Assembly (NCBI GenBank): GCA_002728755.1
Contig: PBVT01000035.1
Location: forward strand, 22,260-86,259
DNA length: 64,000 nt
Origin: Myxococcales bacterium
Lineage (GTDB): Bacteria > Myxococcota_A > UBA9042 > UBA3505
Direction of reading: 5' to 3'
Under the pieces are notes generated by a model, which had not been told where the DNA came from, did not search any database, and saw nothing but the letters and a program-made list of their open reading frames with translations. Every line of letters starts with the position of its first letter. Positions within the stretch are counted from its first letter, which is position 1. The position numbers and the translations under genes were made by a program. Positions 1 to 9,158 of this stretch are shown one piece after another.

Positions 1-167
1 TTCGAGCCAGCCGTAGAATCCAAACCTCCAGGCCGCGTGCCGGTAATTCCGAAGCCGACACCTGAAAGCTCCATGATGGCCGGAACCGTCGAGATCAGCA
101 CAACAGCCCAGACTACCGATTCGGGCATACGGATATCGCCATCCGGCCTTTGTCTTCGTCTAATCAT
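1..167 (-). CDS. possible 5' end of a membrane-protein gene running off the left edge (partial)
   Basis: The minus-strand frame is open from ATG at 165-167 (alternative ATG 126-128) to position 1. Translation MIRRRQRPDGDIRMPESVVWAVVLISTVPAIMELSGVGFG... has a basic N-region then a hydrophobic helix. Only ~55 codons are visible, so it could be a chance ORF. Confidence 0.25.
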   Translation of the reverse strand, partial: MIRRRQRPDGDIRMPESVVWAVVLISTVPAIMELSGVGFGITGTRPGGLDSTAGS

Positions 168-247
168 CGTCAACCAATTCCGAGTGCTTCGATCGATACT
201 GCACCAGATCGCGGGTTCCACGCAATCCGGCCCATTTTTGAAAGGGC

Positions 248-973
248 CTATTTACAGGCAGATCGTATCTGATTTGCTACGGCCTCTGCCGTTACTGCGT
301 CGCTAAGGAATCGCCGCACTTCACGACCATAGTCCTGCGGTGACAGATCATGCTTTTTGTATAAACCCGGCATGGCATCCCGTACCTGCTCACGAGATTT
401 ACCATCACGGCCCATACATGCGATCTCTACATGCATATTTCGTGCTCGGATCGAGCTGGCCTCTTGTTTCAAACCAGGCTGCAACGGTTTCTTTACTCCC
501 TCGTAAACAATCCATTTATCGTCTACGGTGCCACCTTCTGAGACGACCTCCGCGATCCAACGGGGAGCATAATTCACAACTCGATGGTCATTCATTTGTG
601 CATTCTCATGGCTAACAACCCCAGGACATGTTGCCATGATACGCTTGCGTAATTCCTCAGCTCGCTTCTCGTCGGTCAAGATGGCTCGAATCTCGTCAGT
701 ATAGATCAAACCGTTGATATCCATTTTATGTTCTTTTTGTATCAAGCGGTACGCCAATACTGGTCCGGAGACCCCCTTCTTACTGAGGCATACATGCTCA
801 ACATATAGGGCTACGGCTCTGTTTTCGAGTGAAGCGGGTCGTGCAAGCTTGAGTATGGTCACAAGCGTGATGCCCACCAATACCGCAACGATCGCGATCA
901 GACGCCCAACCCAGAGTCTGGTTTTGCTAGTGGATGGCGTCCAGGTTTGTGTATTTGGTTCGTTCGCAGACAT
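248..973 (-). CDS. hypothetical membrane-anchored protein
   Basis: 241-aa ORF with ATG start. It has one N-terminal hydrophobic helix (LWVGRLIAIVAVLVGITLVTIL) followed by a soluble domain. No family recognised. Confidence 0.6.
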   Translation of the reverse strand: MSANEPNTQTWTPSTSKTRLWVGRLIAIVAVLVGITLVTILKLARPASLENRAVALYVEHVCLSKKGVSGPVLAYRLIQKEHKMDINGLIYTDEIRAILTDEKRAEELRKRIMATCPGVVSHENAQMNDHRVVNYAPRWIAEVVSEGGTVDDKWIVYEGVKKPLQPGLKQEASSIRARNMHVEIACMGRDGKSREQVRDAMPGLYKKHDLSPQDYGREVRRFLSDAVTAEAVANQIRSACK

Positions 974-1157
974 CTATCGAGCCACTTTTCCCTTAAGTCT
1001 GGCTTAGAAAGGGTCGAAAAACTGCCATAGAATTCGTTTTATTGGCAAGCCCGATTGGAAGTTCCTTGGCCGACTTGCTATTCTCGGGGTCAGACACTCT
1101 TTTTATCCCTGGACTGTGGGTATCCACAGAACCTCCGTATACAAACCAAACGAGTCG

Positions 1158-4100
1158 ATGTTTCGTCGTCATCTATATTTGATCGGTATTCTGCTCTGCT
1201 TCGGCTGTGGGCTTAACCCAGGTGGGGGTCCCATTGGGCCCGACTCCTCCTTCACCATGCCCGACGCAAATATCTGGCAACAGCCAGAAGATACCCAGAC
1301 GAACACAGATATTGATGAGCTTGTTCTGGACATTGCATCCATTTCACCAGACCGGGGAAGTATTGCAGGCCTGGAGAGCGTACAAATCAGTGGCGTGGGG
1401 TTTGTCCCAGGTTCAAAAGTATATTTTGGCGGTGTGGAATCTCCGCAAGTCTATATCCAGGGTGAAGTGCAGATTACAGCGCTTACCCCACCGCACCCTC
1501 GTGGTACTGTTGACGTAGAAGTCGTCCGCCCGAGCGGGTTGTCAGCGATCTTAGAAGGCGGGTTCACGTTTGAAGCCGAAATCAATGTCATGCAAGTGGA
1601 ACCGGTCTGGGGAAGCTCTGACGGTGGAACGGCATTGACCATTCATGGCTCGGGTTTCAGCGAAGGCGCCTATGTTCTTATTGGCGACCGCGTATCACCA
1701 TCTGTGGAGGTGGTGGATACCAATACCATTCTGGCGGTATCGCCGGTTGGAGACCCCGGCCCAGCCGACGTCTTTGTTTCCATTCAAGGGCAGGTTGGAC
1801 GTCTAAAGACTGGTTTTCTCTACGTGGAAGAACCCGACATCGAAGCGGTTCAGCCGAATTATGGGCCCCAAGACGGCGGAACACCTGTCCAGGTCTATGG
1901 GACGGGCTTGAACCATCCCCAACTATCCTTTGATTTTGGGCCGAACGCCGCTAACGATATCAATAGCGAAACAACTCCAGTGGAAGCGACCACCCCACCT
2001 GCGAATGCCACAGGTTCCGTGCCATTGCTGGCCCATACGCCCTATGGTGGTGTCTTCCATCCCAACGCGTTTATCTATATCGATCCCAACGAGACAACCC
2101 CCGGCATCGTGCAGGCGATACCAACGCGAGGCCCGACATCCGGTGGAACAGAGATCGATATCATTCTACAGGGCGTGACCGATCTCAACGGTGTAGAAGC
2201 ATATATTGGAGAGGTACAGGCCGATATTCTGGGCCAGACAGGCGATGGCCATCGACTCACGGTCCGTGCTCCGTCCGGCGAACAGGGCTCTGTGGATATA
2301 CGGCTCGTCCTCGACGAAACCGAGATTGTCCTTCCCGGTGGCTTCACATACTACGTTCCCTTACGTGTGGACTCCATTACTCCTGTTGAAGGACCACAGG
2401 CGGGGGGGACAGAAGTAGAGATCGAAGGCGGTGGCTTCTTCAATGACGTCCAGGTTCGTTTTGGAGCAATGCCTGCCCCTGCTATCGAACAAATCGACTT
2501 CAATCGTCTTGTGGTCGAAACGCCTCCTGGAGCTCCAGGCTTTGTGGACGTGGTGCTGACACAAGACCATCAAGAGATCGTATTAAAGGACGGTTTTGAA
2601 TATAAGGCGTCTGGCTTGCAGGTCTTTCTGATGCACCCGAACCGAGGTTCCCGTGCTGGTGGAACGTATTTCCGAATCGTGGGAGCCGGCTTCCATCCAG
2701 GTACGAGAGTCTTTATTGGCGACAGAGAAGCATTCATCGAATTAGATGGTAGCCAACGGATCACTGGCTTCAGCCCACGCGGTATTCCGGGCTTTGCGGA
2801 CGTACGCATTACCTCTGGTGGCCAAAGCCTACTACTGGAACGTGGTTGGTTATACTTTGATCCTGCCGCCTATCTTACAGGGACCTGGGGAGATCCCGTA
2901 GATGAGGCGGTAAACGTCACTGTCCTGGAAGCGATGACCGGTGATCCCGTCATGGGAGCTTTTGTAACTCTGGGACATGACCCATCTACACCGTTTCAAG
3001 GCCTGACGGATTTAAACGGTCAGATCACATTAAGTGGACCCGGGCTCGTGGGACCGGTTGTCATGACAGCGGCCAAGTCCGGTTATACGGCCTTTACGAT
3101 CGCTAAATTCGATGCAGAGAACGCGACTGTTCATCTGTACCGGCTTAATCCACCAAGCCCTGGGCAACCACCACCCGTAGACAATCTTGATCCCGGCGCT
3201 GTCCAGGGGCAGGTCTTTGGGCTTGGCAAATATGTAGTCATCCCACCTGGCGAATGTGAAGAGGTCGTGTTCGACCCGGAATCCGGCGTACCGCTCTGCG
3301 GAAGCTGTATTGACGATGGAGATTGCAACGGTGGATTCTGCGTCGAAGATGAATCGAACCAGAAGTATTGTACACGAGGCTGTACCAACGACGAGGACTG
3401 TCCAGCCCAGTTTGTATGCAGCAGCTTCGGATGGTCGGAACCTCGCTGTCTGCCAACACCTGGAATCAAGGAAATTCGATGCTATGTAGCGCCATCCAGC
3501 ATCTTTGCAGCTGAACCCGAATACCTGCCCGGGGGCATCGTCGGCGACCAGGGCGTCTTTGAATTCGAAGCTCGTCTAGGAGACGTCGCAATCGTCTGTG
3601 AGGGTGGTGTACTCGATTCCGTCACCGGCGTGTTTACACCGCTTGTGATGGGACTCCAACGGCATGCGTTCGTTCTCCCGAACGAGACCACCATAGATCT
3701 GAATATTCATTTGAACATTCCCCTTCGCGGCTCAATGAATCTACGTCTGGGGAACCCACTCTCCCCGGAACAGTTCCCCTATCGTTCGATTCGAGGATAT
3801 CTGGACCTGGGCTCGGACGGAGTCGTTCCGATCGGGAACCTGATCCCACAAGATGAGATCGGTGAACGGTATATCATCGATGGCCTTCCAGAGGCACTGT
3901 CTGGCGACCTGGAAGATGCCAAGCTCACTTTTTATGCGGAGCTCAAGACCGGCGAAAATGTAATGCTGCCAAGTGCCGAAATTCTTCTAAATGAACTAAA
4001 CCCGAACGAATTTCTCCATCATGTCATGCTTGTCCGTAATACATCCGGAGAATACGAGACGAAATCAATCGGCAAGACGGCGGACTTAAACGCAAGTGCC

Positions 4101-5210
4101 CAGAATGACCAACACACCTTTGTGGTTGGGGCCAACGGCTCCATCCTGCGATACAACGGCGTTACCCTGGGTATCCAATCCAGTCCCACCGGTCAGAACC
4201 TGAACGATGTCGTGGCGCACGATGACAATGTGTTTTATGCAGTAGGCGATACGGGTACAATCCTTCATTTCGATGGGTTTTCCTGGGCTACCCTCTCAAG
4301 TCCGGTTACGAAAGATCTGTACGGTATAGCCCGCACAACGACCGCCGTCTGGGCTGTGGGAGACGGGATTATTCTGAAAGGTACGGAGAGCGGGTTCTTC
4401 ATCGAAGGCACCAGCTTTAGCGAAACCCTGAACGATGTCGCTTGTAATGACTACGATACCTGTCGAGCCGTCGGGGAGGATGGAACGGTATATGCCAATC
4501 TTGGTGCTTCCTGGTTCAAGGAGAGCTTCCCCACCGACGATCAACTCCTTGCTATCGATTCACACCAGGACCGGTTCGTCGTAACAGGTGTGCGTGGACT
4601 GGTCGCAATTCGCGACGCTGGCGACGGATGGCAGATACTGCCTCCGCCAACCTATGACTCTGTGAACGCGGTTTTCATTATGGACGACAACCGGGTGGTG
4701 GTTGGTGGACCGCTCGGACAGCTCTACGTCTGGGATGGCACCTCCTGGGAGTCGTTACACGACGAGGACCACCTCTTGGGCATCCGAGTCCTCGCCGGTA
4801 ATCGCACAACATATCCTGAGCTGATTCTTGGACATCATGAGATCTATATGGGGCCATTATTGGATCTACCGATTATGGACATCCCCACCCTCTCAATCCC
4901 TCTCGCACGGCAACCATACCTCTCATGGATGATTCCGGAGAGCCCATTAGAGGGTAGAAATTATATACGTCTTTTCGACGCGTCGGGCTTCCCCATGTGG
5001 CAGATCATCACACCACAGCTGGATGAGCTCAACCTTCCCGATCTTACCTCTATGGCGAATATAGTCGTCCTTGTTCCTGGCAATGGTTCGATGCGCTTTA
5101 TCCGCTCATTGGCCCCTGATTTTAACATCAGCAGTTTCAGCACGAAGGACCTGTCCATCTACGACCGGCACTCCTGGTGCACATTCCACGAGACGTTCTC
5201 CGTAGAATAA
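1158..5210 (+). CDS. large secreted lipoprotein: 6x IPT/TIG repeats, CarboxypepD_reg-like domain, Cys-rich module, beta-propeller-like C-terminus
   Basis: The ORF is 1116..5210 (GTG), but I prefer ATG 1158, which gives MFRRHLYLIGILLCFGCG (lipoprotein-type signal). Six tandem ~85-aa units carry P-x-x-G-x3-GGT-x-V/I-x-I/V-x-G-x-GF signatures (nt ~1314..2871). These are followed by VTVLEAMTGDP...LTDLNGQITL (CarboxypepD_reg-like), a Cys-rich block (nt 3255..3483), and repeated VG-x-x-G-x-I/L blades (Ycf48/BNR-propeller-like) near the C-terminus. Confidence 0.8.
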   Translation: MFRRHLYLIGILLCFGCGLNPGGGPIGPDSSFTMPDANIWQQPEDTQTNTDIDELVLDIASISPDRGSIAGLESVQISGVGFVPGSKVYFGGVESPQVYIQGEVQITALTPPHPRGTVDVEVVRPSGLSAILEGGFTFEAEINVMQVEPVWGSSDGGTALTIHGSGFSEGAYVLIGDRVSPSVEVVDTNTILAVSPVGDPGPADVFVSIQGQVGRLKTGFLYVEEPDIEAVQPNYGPQDGGTPVQVYGTGLNHPQLSFDFGPNAANDINSETTPVEATTPPANATGSVPLLAHTPYGGVFHPNAFIYIDPNETTPGIVQAIPTRGPTSGGTEIDIILQGVTDLNGVEAYIGEVQADILGQTGDGHRLTVRAPSGEQGSVDIRLVLDETEIVLPGGFTYYVPLRVDSITPVEGPQAGGTEVEIEGGGFFNDVQVRFGAMPAPAIEQIDFNRLVVETPPGAPGFVDVVLTQDHQEIVLKDGFEYKASGLQVFLMHPNRGSRAGGTYFRIVGAGFHPGTRVFIGDREAFIELDGSQRITGFSPRGIPGFADVRITSGGQSLLLERGWLYFDPAAYLTGTWGDPVDEAVNVTVLEAMTGDPVMGAFVTLGHDPSTPFQGLTDLNGQITLSGPGLVGPVVMTAAKSGYTAFTIAKFDAENATVHLYRLNPPSPGQPPPVDNLDPGAVQGQVFGLGKYVVIPPGECEEVVFDPESGVPLCGSCIDDGDCNGGFCVEDESNQKYCTRGCTNDEDCPAQFVCSSFGWSEPRCLPTPGIKEIRCYVAPSSIFAAEPEYLPGGIVGDQGVFEFEARLGDVAIVCEGGVLDSVTGVFTPLVMGLQRHAFVLPNETTIDLNIHLNIPLRGSMNLRLGNPLSPEQFPYRSIRGYLDLGSDGVVPIGNLIPQDEIGERYIIDGLPEALSGDLEDAKLTFYAELKTGENVMLPSAEILLNELNPNEFLHHVMLVRNTSGEYETKSIGKTADLNASAQNDQHTFVVGANGSILRYNGVTLGIQSSPTGQNLNDVVAHDDNVFYAVGDTGTILHFDGFSWATLSSPVTKDLYGIARTTTAVWAVGDGIILKGTESGFFIEGTSFSETLNDVACNDYDTCRAVGEDGTVYANLGASWFKESFPTDDQLLAIDSHQDRFVVTGVRGLVAIRDAGDGWQILPPPTYDSVNAVFIMDDNRVVVGGPLGQLYVWDGTSWESLHDEDHLLGIRVLAGNRTTYPELILGHHEIYMGPLLDLPIMDIPTLSIPLARQPYLSWMIPESPLEGRNYIRLFDASGFPMWQIITPQLDELNLPDLTSMANIVVLVPGNGSMRFIRSLAPDFNISSFSTKDLSIYDRHSWCTFHETFSVE

Positions 5211-5220
5211 AGGCATCGGA

Positions 5221-6864
5221 TCAGGGACTACCGCCGTCGCCACCGACTCGCTTAAGCAGATCGAGCTTCTTCGGTTTATAAGGCTTAACGCGCTTCGTCT
5301 TTTTCGTAGCTTTTCGCCCCCCCGTAGACGGTTCCGTCGGCGGTACCAGGTCTGGTGCAGGAGCAACGGGTAGTGGTTTGAGCTGTATTTCATGGTTCGT
5401 ATCCGCTTCGAACTTCTCTTCAAGCACAGCGGGTTCAAAACCAGCCATCTCCACCCGAATATTCGCCATCGTGCCTATTTGACCACGTACAATCACGGGA
5501 GTCCGTGCCTTCGCTGGAGAACCATCCACAGAGACCGTCGCGCCCGCCGGTGTCGTTCGAATCGATATCGCGGCTGGTGGGGTCGAAAGGGCGGATATTT
5601 TCTCTATGACGGTACCCAGCTCAGAGGAGCGGGGGCCAGGTATCTTCGCAATCGATAAGAAGTAATAGGCGGAAATCCCACCGATGAGGAGGACAGATAA
5701 TACGACCCACGGAATCCATTGGCGGGTACGACCACCAAGTTCCTCTACGTGCTCTCCAGTCCCCATGGTCATATTTGCCGCGCTGCCCACCGGTTGTGTC
5801 ACCGGACCACGTGTGGTGGCTTCACACTCCACAACCTCTTCATAACTCGAATCCAACGACTCCAGAATCGTGTCGATCGCGCTCACGAGCTCATCGGCTG
5901 ATTGGTATCGCTTGTCCGGGTTCTTATGCATGCAACGAAGTATCAATGCTTCGACGGACTTCGGAATCTGAATGGTTGGAGCCGCCGTAGCCAACGCCAT
6001 CGGGTCCGTTTGGAGATGTTGCATCATAATTGCGAGGGCCGTATCCCCATCAAATGGGACGGCCCCAATTACACAATGATAGATGATTACGCCGAGAGCA
6101 TAGATATCAGTTCGGGGATCCGTAGCCAGCGACCGGCATTGCTCCGGCGCCATATAACGTGGTGTTCCAAAGATTGAACCGGCCTGCGTAAGAGTACCTG
6201 CTCGCCCTTCATTCTTTTCGGTCATGATCTTGGCAACACCAAAATCCAGAACTTTTACAAAATCCGTCTCCCGACCAGACGTAATCAAATGAATATTATC
6301 TGGCTTCAGATCTCTGTGAACAATACCTCGTTCATGGGCTTCCGATAATGACTCTGCTGTAGCTCTTGCCACCCGTAGAGTATTCGCCACGGATAGCCTG
6401 GACTCCTCGGCTAACATCTCCTGAAGAGAGCGGCCTTCCAGGTACTCCATTACGATATAGAGTTCTTCGGACACACTCTCCCCAAAATCATAAATTCGAA
6501 TGGTGTGGGGGTGCGTCAGACGACTCGCAGCAAGCGCTTCAATATGGAACCGACGTCGAACACGCGGGTCCTTCGTATACTCGGGTTGCAAAACCTTGAT
6601 GGCGACCTTTCGGTCCATTCCTTTTTGATGGGCTCTATACACTGCCCCCATACCGCCCAGACCAATCTGCGCTTCGATCTCGTACCGCTCATCCAGAACC
6701 GAACCGACCAGCGGATCAACACGCTCTCGTGTCTGTTCGTCCTCAAAATGCTCCTGGATTCGTTCCTCTAAACTCTGCCCCTTTTCCGGACGGGCAAGAA
6801 TTGTCTCTTGTGAATCCGTCAGCGCCGAACCCCGAATACGTGTTTTGTTCTCATTATCTTTCAT
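5221..6864 (-). CDS. Hanks-type Ser/Thr protein kinase with TM helix and C-terminal PEGA-like domain
   Basis: Kinase motifs GLGGMGAVY, VAIK, HRDLKPDN, DFG and APE are present. There is a TM helix (WIPWVVLSVLLIGGISAYYFL) and a C-terminal IRTTPAGATVSVDG...VEMAGFEP segment (PEGA-like). Confidence 0.9.
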   Translation of the reverse strand: MKDNENKTRIRGSALTDSQETILARPEKGQSLEERIQEHFEDEQTRERVDPLVGSVLDERYEIEAQIGLGGMGAVYRAHQKGMDRKVAIKVLQPEYTKDPRVRRRFHIEALAASRLTHPHTIRIYDFGESVSEELYIVMEYLEGRSLQEMLAEESRLSVANTLRVARATAESLSEAHERGIVHRDLKPDNIHLITSGRETDFVKVLDFGVAKIMTEKNEGRAGTLTQAGSIFGTPRYMAPEQCRSLATDPRTDIYALGVIIYHCVIGAVPFDGDTALAIMMQHLQTDPMALATAAPTIQIPKSVEALILRCMHKNPDKRYQSADELVSAIDTILESLDSSYEEVVECEATTRGPVTQPVGSAANMTMGTGEHVEELGGRTRQWIPWVVLSVLLIGGISAYYFLSIAKIPGPRSSELGTVIEKISALSTPPAAISIRTTPAGATVSVDGSPAKARTPVIVRGQIGTMANIRVEMAGFEPAVLEEKFEADTNHEIQLKPLPVAPAPDLVPPTEPSTGGRKATKKTKRVKPYKPKKLDLLKRVGGDGGSP

Positions 6865-7031
6865 AACGTTCTATTCGAAGCGTACCAAACATGCTGTGTC
6901 GACGCTACGCATGCCAAAACTACGAGAGAAGGGATCTCTTCCCGTCACGTCGCTTGTTCGCACCCGTTCGTTTACAAACGATTACAAAAGTACTTTCGTC
7001 GACTGTTACAAAAAAATGTACGAGAAATTCG

Positions 7032-7060
7032 TTGGCCTTGTTGAAAATGCTATGTTATAG
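7032..7060 (+). promoter_or_regulatory. candidate sigma70-type promoter for the DUF507-like gene
   Basis: TTGGCC (7032-7037), a 17-nt spacer, then TTATAG (7055-7060) preceded by TG. It lies in the divergent intergenic region, with a GGAG Shine-Dalgarno at 7087-7090 before ATG 7097. Consensus reading only. Confidence 0.3.
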
Positions 7061-7096
7061 GCTGCAAACCACGTGCCAAAACCGTTGGAGCCTTAT

Positions 7097-7612
7097 ATGC
7101 GTCTGTTTCCTGGTAAATTACCCGACTTAGCGAAGGACCTCATTCGTTCGTTGATGAAGGATGATGCGGTTGAGCTTGTACCTGATAGAACACAGGAAGC
7201 TGAAATGGATATCGAGTCCGTTCTTCGGGAATACCACCGACAAGAACGTGAAATCCATGAGCAAGCCAAGGATGTGTTAGCAGCTCGGCAGCTCGACTTC
7301 AGCAATCTCCGAAGAGTCAAAGTACAGCTAGCCAAACAACGTGGTCTTAAATTGGACGAAGATGGTTATGAGTATCTCATGGACCAGGTCATCGAGATGA
7401 TCTACTTCTCCAATAATGTAGAAGAGATCTTCTGCGACAATAACGAGCTTCGTGGCCGTATGTTGCCGGTACTTAAGAAGTACACGAACAACGACGACGC
7501 TGTAGAACAGCAAGCGCGGGCCAGAATCAAGAACCTTAACGAAGGTACTCTGACCTGGGACGTAGAGATCGCGAAGAAGATCAGTGACATTCGGCGGGAA
7601 CGAAACGCCTAG
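7097..7612 (+). CDS. DUF507-family protein
   Basis: The ORF is 7073..7612 (GTG), but ATG 7097 has a GGAG 6 nt upstream. The sequence MRLFPGKLPDLAKDLIRSLMKDDAVEL...DEDGYEYLMDQVIEMIYFSNNVEEIF fits my memory of DUF507 proteins of delta-proteobacteria-type lineages. Confidence 0.6.
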   Translation: MRLFPGKLPDLAKDLIRSLMKDDAVELVPDRTQEAEMDIESVLREYHRQEREIHEQAKDVLAARQLDFSNLRRVKVQLAKQRGLKLDEDGYEYLMDQVIEMIYFSNNVEEIFCDNNELRGRMLPVLKKYTNNDDAVEQQARARIKNLNEGTLTWDVEIAKKISDIRRERNA

Positions 7613-9078
7613 TCTTCCATGATCGTGGGCCGTATTCGCGCGTAGATAAACTGACCGACGGCTATCACCATCGCGGTGATTGGCACGGCCAACAGGGCAC
7701 CTTTAAGCCCATAGGCGTGTTCTCCTGCCAATAGAACGAAGACAACGACGACTGGGTTGATCTTGGCAGCATGACCAATGATCTTCGGGTTGAGGACGTT
7801 TGCTTCCACAAAATGGATTCCCAGCACCCAGCCCAGTACGGCCATCGACGCACTCCATCCTCCGACGGACAGCGCTAAGATACAGGCGGGGATCGTGCTG
7901 ATGATGGTCCCAAAGATTGGGATCAGGGACATGACTGTGGCGAGCAGGGCCAAGACCAATGCATATTCGGGTACAAATATGAAAAAGCCTATACCGCTCA
8001 ATATCCCATTGATCAGACAGATAAGGAGTTGCCCTCGGATGACACCCGACAACCCCGTATCAAACCTCCACAACAGCTCGTCATATAAATGCTCGTAACG
8101 AGGAGGAGCCAACTCTCGGAAGAACCGGCTGATCTGCACATTATCCAAAAGAATGAAGGCCGCGACCATCAGGGTCACCACTAGACCCACCAGTCCCTTC
8201 GTTAGAATATTGAGAAGCCCTCGAACAAACTTCACCGTCCCCAGAACCAGGCTTCCACTCATATCGTTAGCAACGGAGTTTACGGTGTCGCGTAGTACGA
8301 CTCTAAGATCCGATGGCGTCTTACTCCCACGAGCGGCCGCCCTATACTTGGGGCGCAGCTGATAGGTACCGTCACCAAGCCGTCGGAATTCAAACATACT
8401 ATCGCGTATCTGCAGACCAACCTGGTTTCCGTGAACGGTGGCAAGAATCTGGCTCCCCTCAAGACGCTCATCATACGCAGTATCATGACCACCAGAAATC
8501 CCGAGCTCACGAACAAGCTCGGAACTCGGTCCAAAGATTGTTTTCGGTCCCTGCTCCGATAATCCAGGGTGCCCACGCTCATATCCTGTTCCCACGCGAT
8601 AACTATCCGGCCCAAGCCCATACCGACTCAAGGTCGAGAGACTCGCCTTCCGTTCAGACGACATGTCGTCTGTCTCCTCACCAAACCAACCTTCTAACCA
8701 GACGCCCCCCGAGTTGATCCACTCCGTAACCTTCTCTGGTGCTCCCTGGAACCGTGACGCAAACCGTCTGGATTCGGCCTGCATCTTCGGAAACATATAG
8801 TGAAGAAAACCGTAAATACTGCCCAGGAGGAGCGCGTATAGCATCAAGATCGCAAAAATACGGGGCACCCGTTTCTCTGCCAGATAATTGACCGCGGGTG
8901 AAAACACATAGGCGATAATTATGCCAAGAATAAAGGGGAGGAGCACCGCCGAGAACCACAAGATGGTAGCAAAGCTAAACACCCCGAGCAGGGCGAACAA
9001 AAGCCACGCAACTCGCTTGCGGTTCTGGTGCCTATTCGCGAGATGAGTGCTGTAATATGGTTTGTATCGACGCGGCAT
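7609..9078 (-). CDS. AI-2E (PerM/UPF0118) family transporter with an enlarged soluble loop
   Basis: N-terminal TM helices are present. The C-terminal half (GVIRGQLLICLINGILSGIGFFIF...LIPIFGTIISTIPA...VEANVLNPKIIG...GLKGALLAVPI) is typical of AI-2E. A ~170-aa hydrophilic segment lies between the TM blocks. Its stop overlaps the DUF507 stop (CTAG at 7609-7612). Confidence 0.85.
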   Translation of the reverse strand: MPRRYKPYYSTHLANRHQNRKRVAWLLFALLGVFSFATILWFSAVLLPFILGIIIAYVFSPAVNYLAEKRVPRIFAILMLYALLLGSIYGFLHYMFPKMQAESRRFASRFQGAPEKVTEWINSGGVWLEGWFGEETDDMSSERKASLSTLSRYGLGPDSYRVGTGYERGHPGLSEQGPKTIFGPSSELVRELGISGGHDTAYDERLEGSQILATVHGNQVGLQIRDSMFEFRRLGDGTYQLRPKYRAAARGSKTPSDLRVVLRDTVNSVANDMSGSLVLGTVKFVRGLLNILTKGLVGLVVTLMVAAFILLDNVQISRFFRELAPPRYEHLYDELLWRFDTGLSGVIRGQLLICLINGILSGIGFFIFVPEYALVLALLATVMSLIPIFGTIISTIPACILALSVGGWSASMAVLGWVLGIHFVEANVLNPKIIGHAAKINPVVVVFVLLAGEHAYGLKGALLAVPITAMVIAVGQFIYARIRPTIMED

Positions 9079-9158
9079 AGATCGGTTTCTGTATGCTCCA
9101 ATACAATGGAAGCCTCAACAGAACTCTACCACCAATTGAAGTCCGTGGACAAAGGAGC

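Noticed and set aside
37-306. 89-aa plus-strand ORF at the left edge
   Set aside because: It overlaps the end of the 248..973 minus-strand gene and the open minus-strand frame at 1..167. The translation has no recognisable features.
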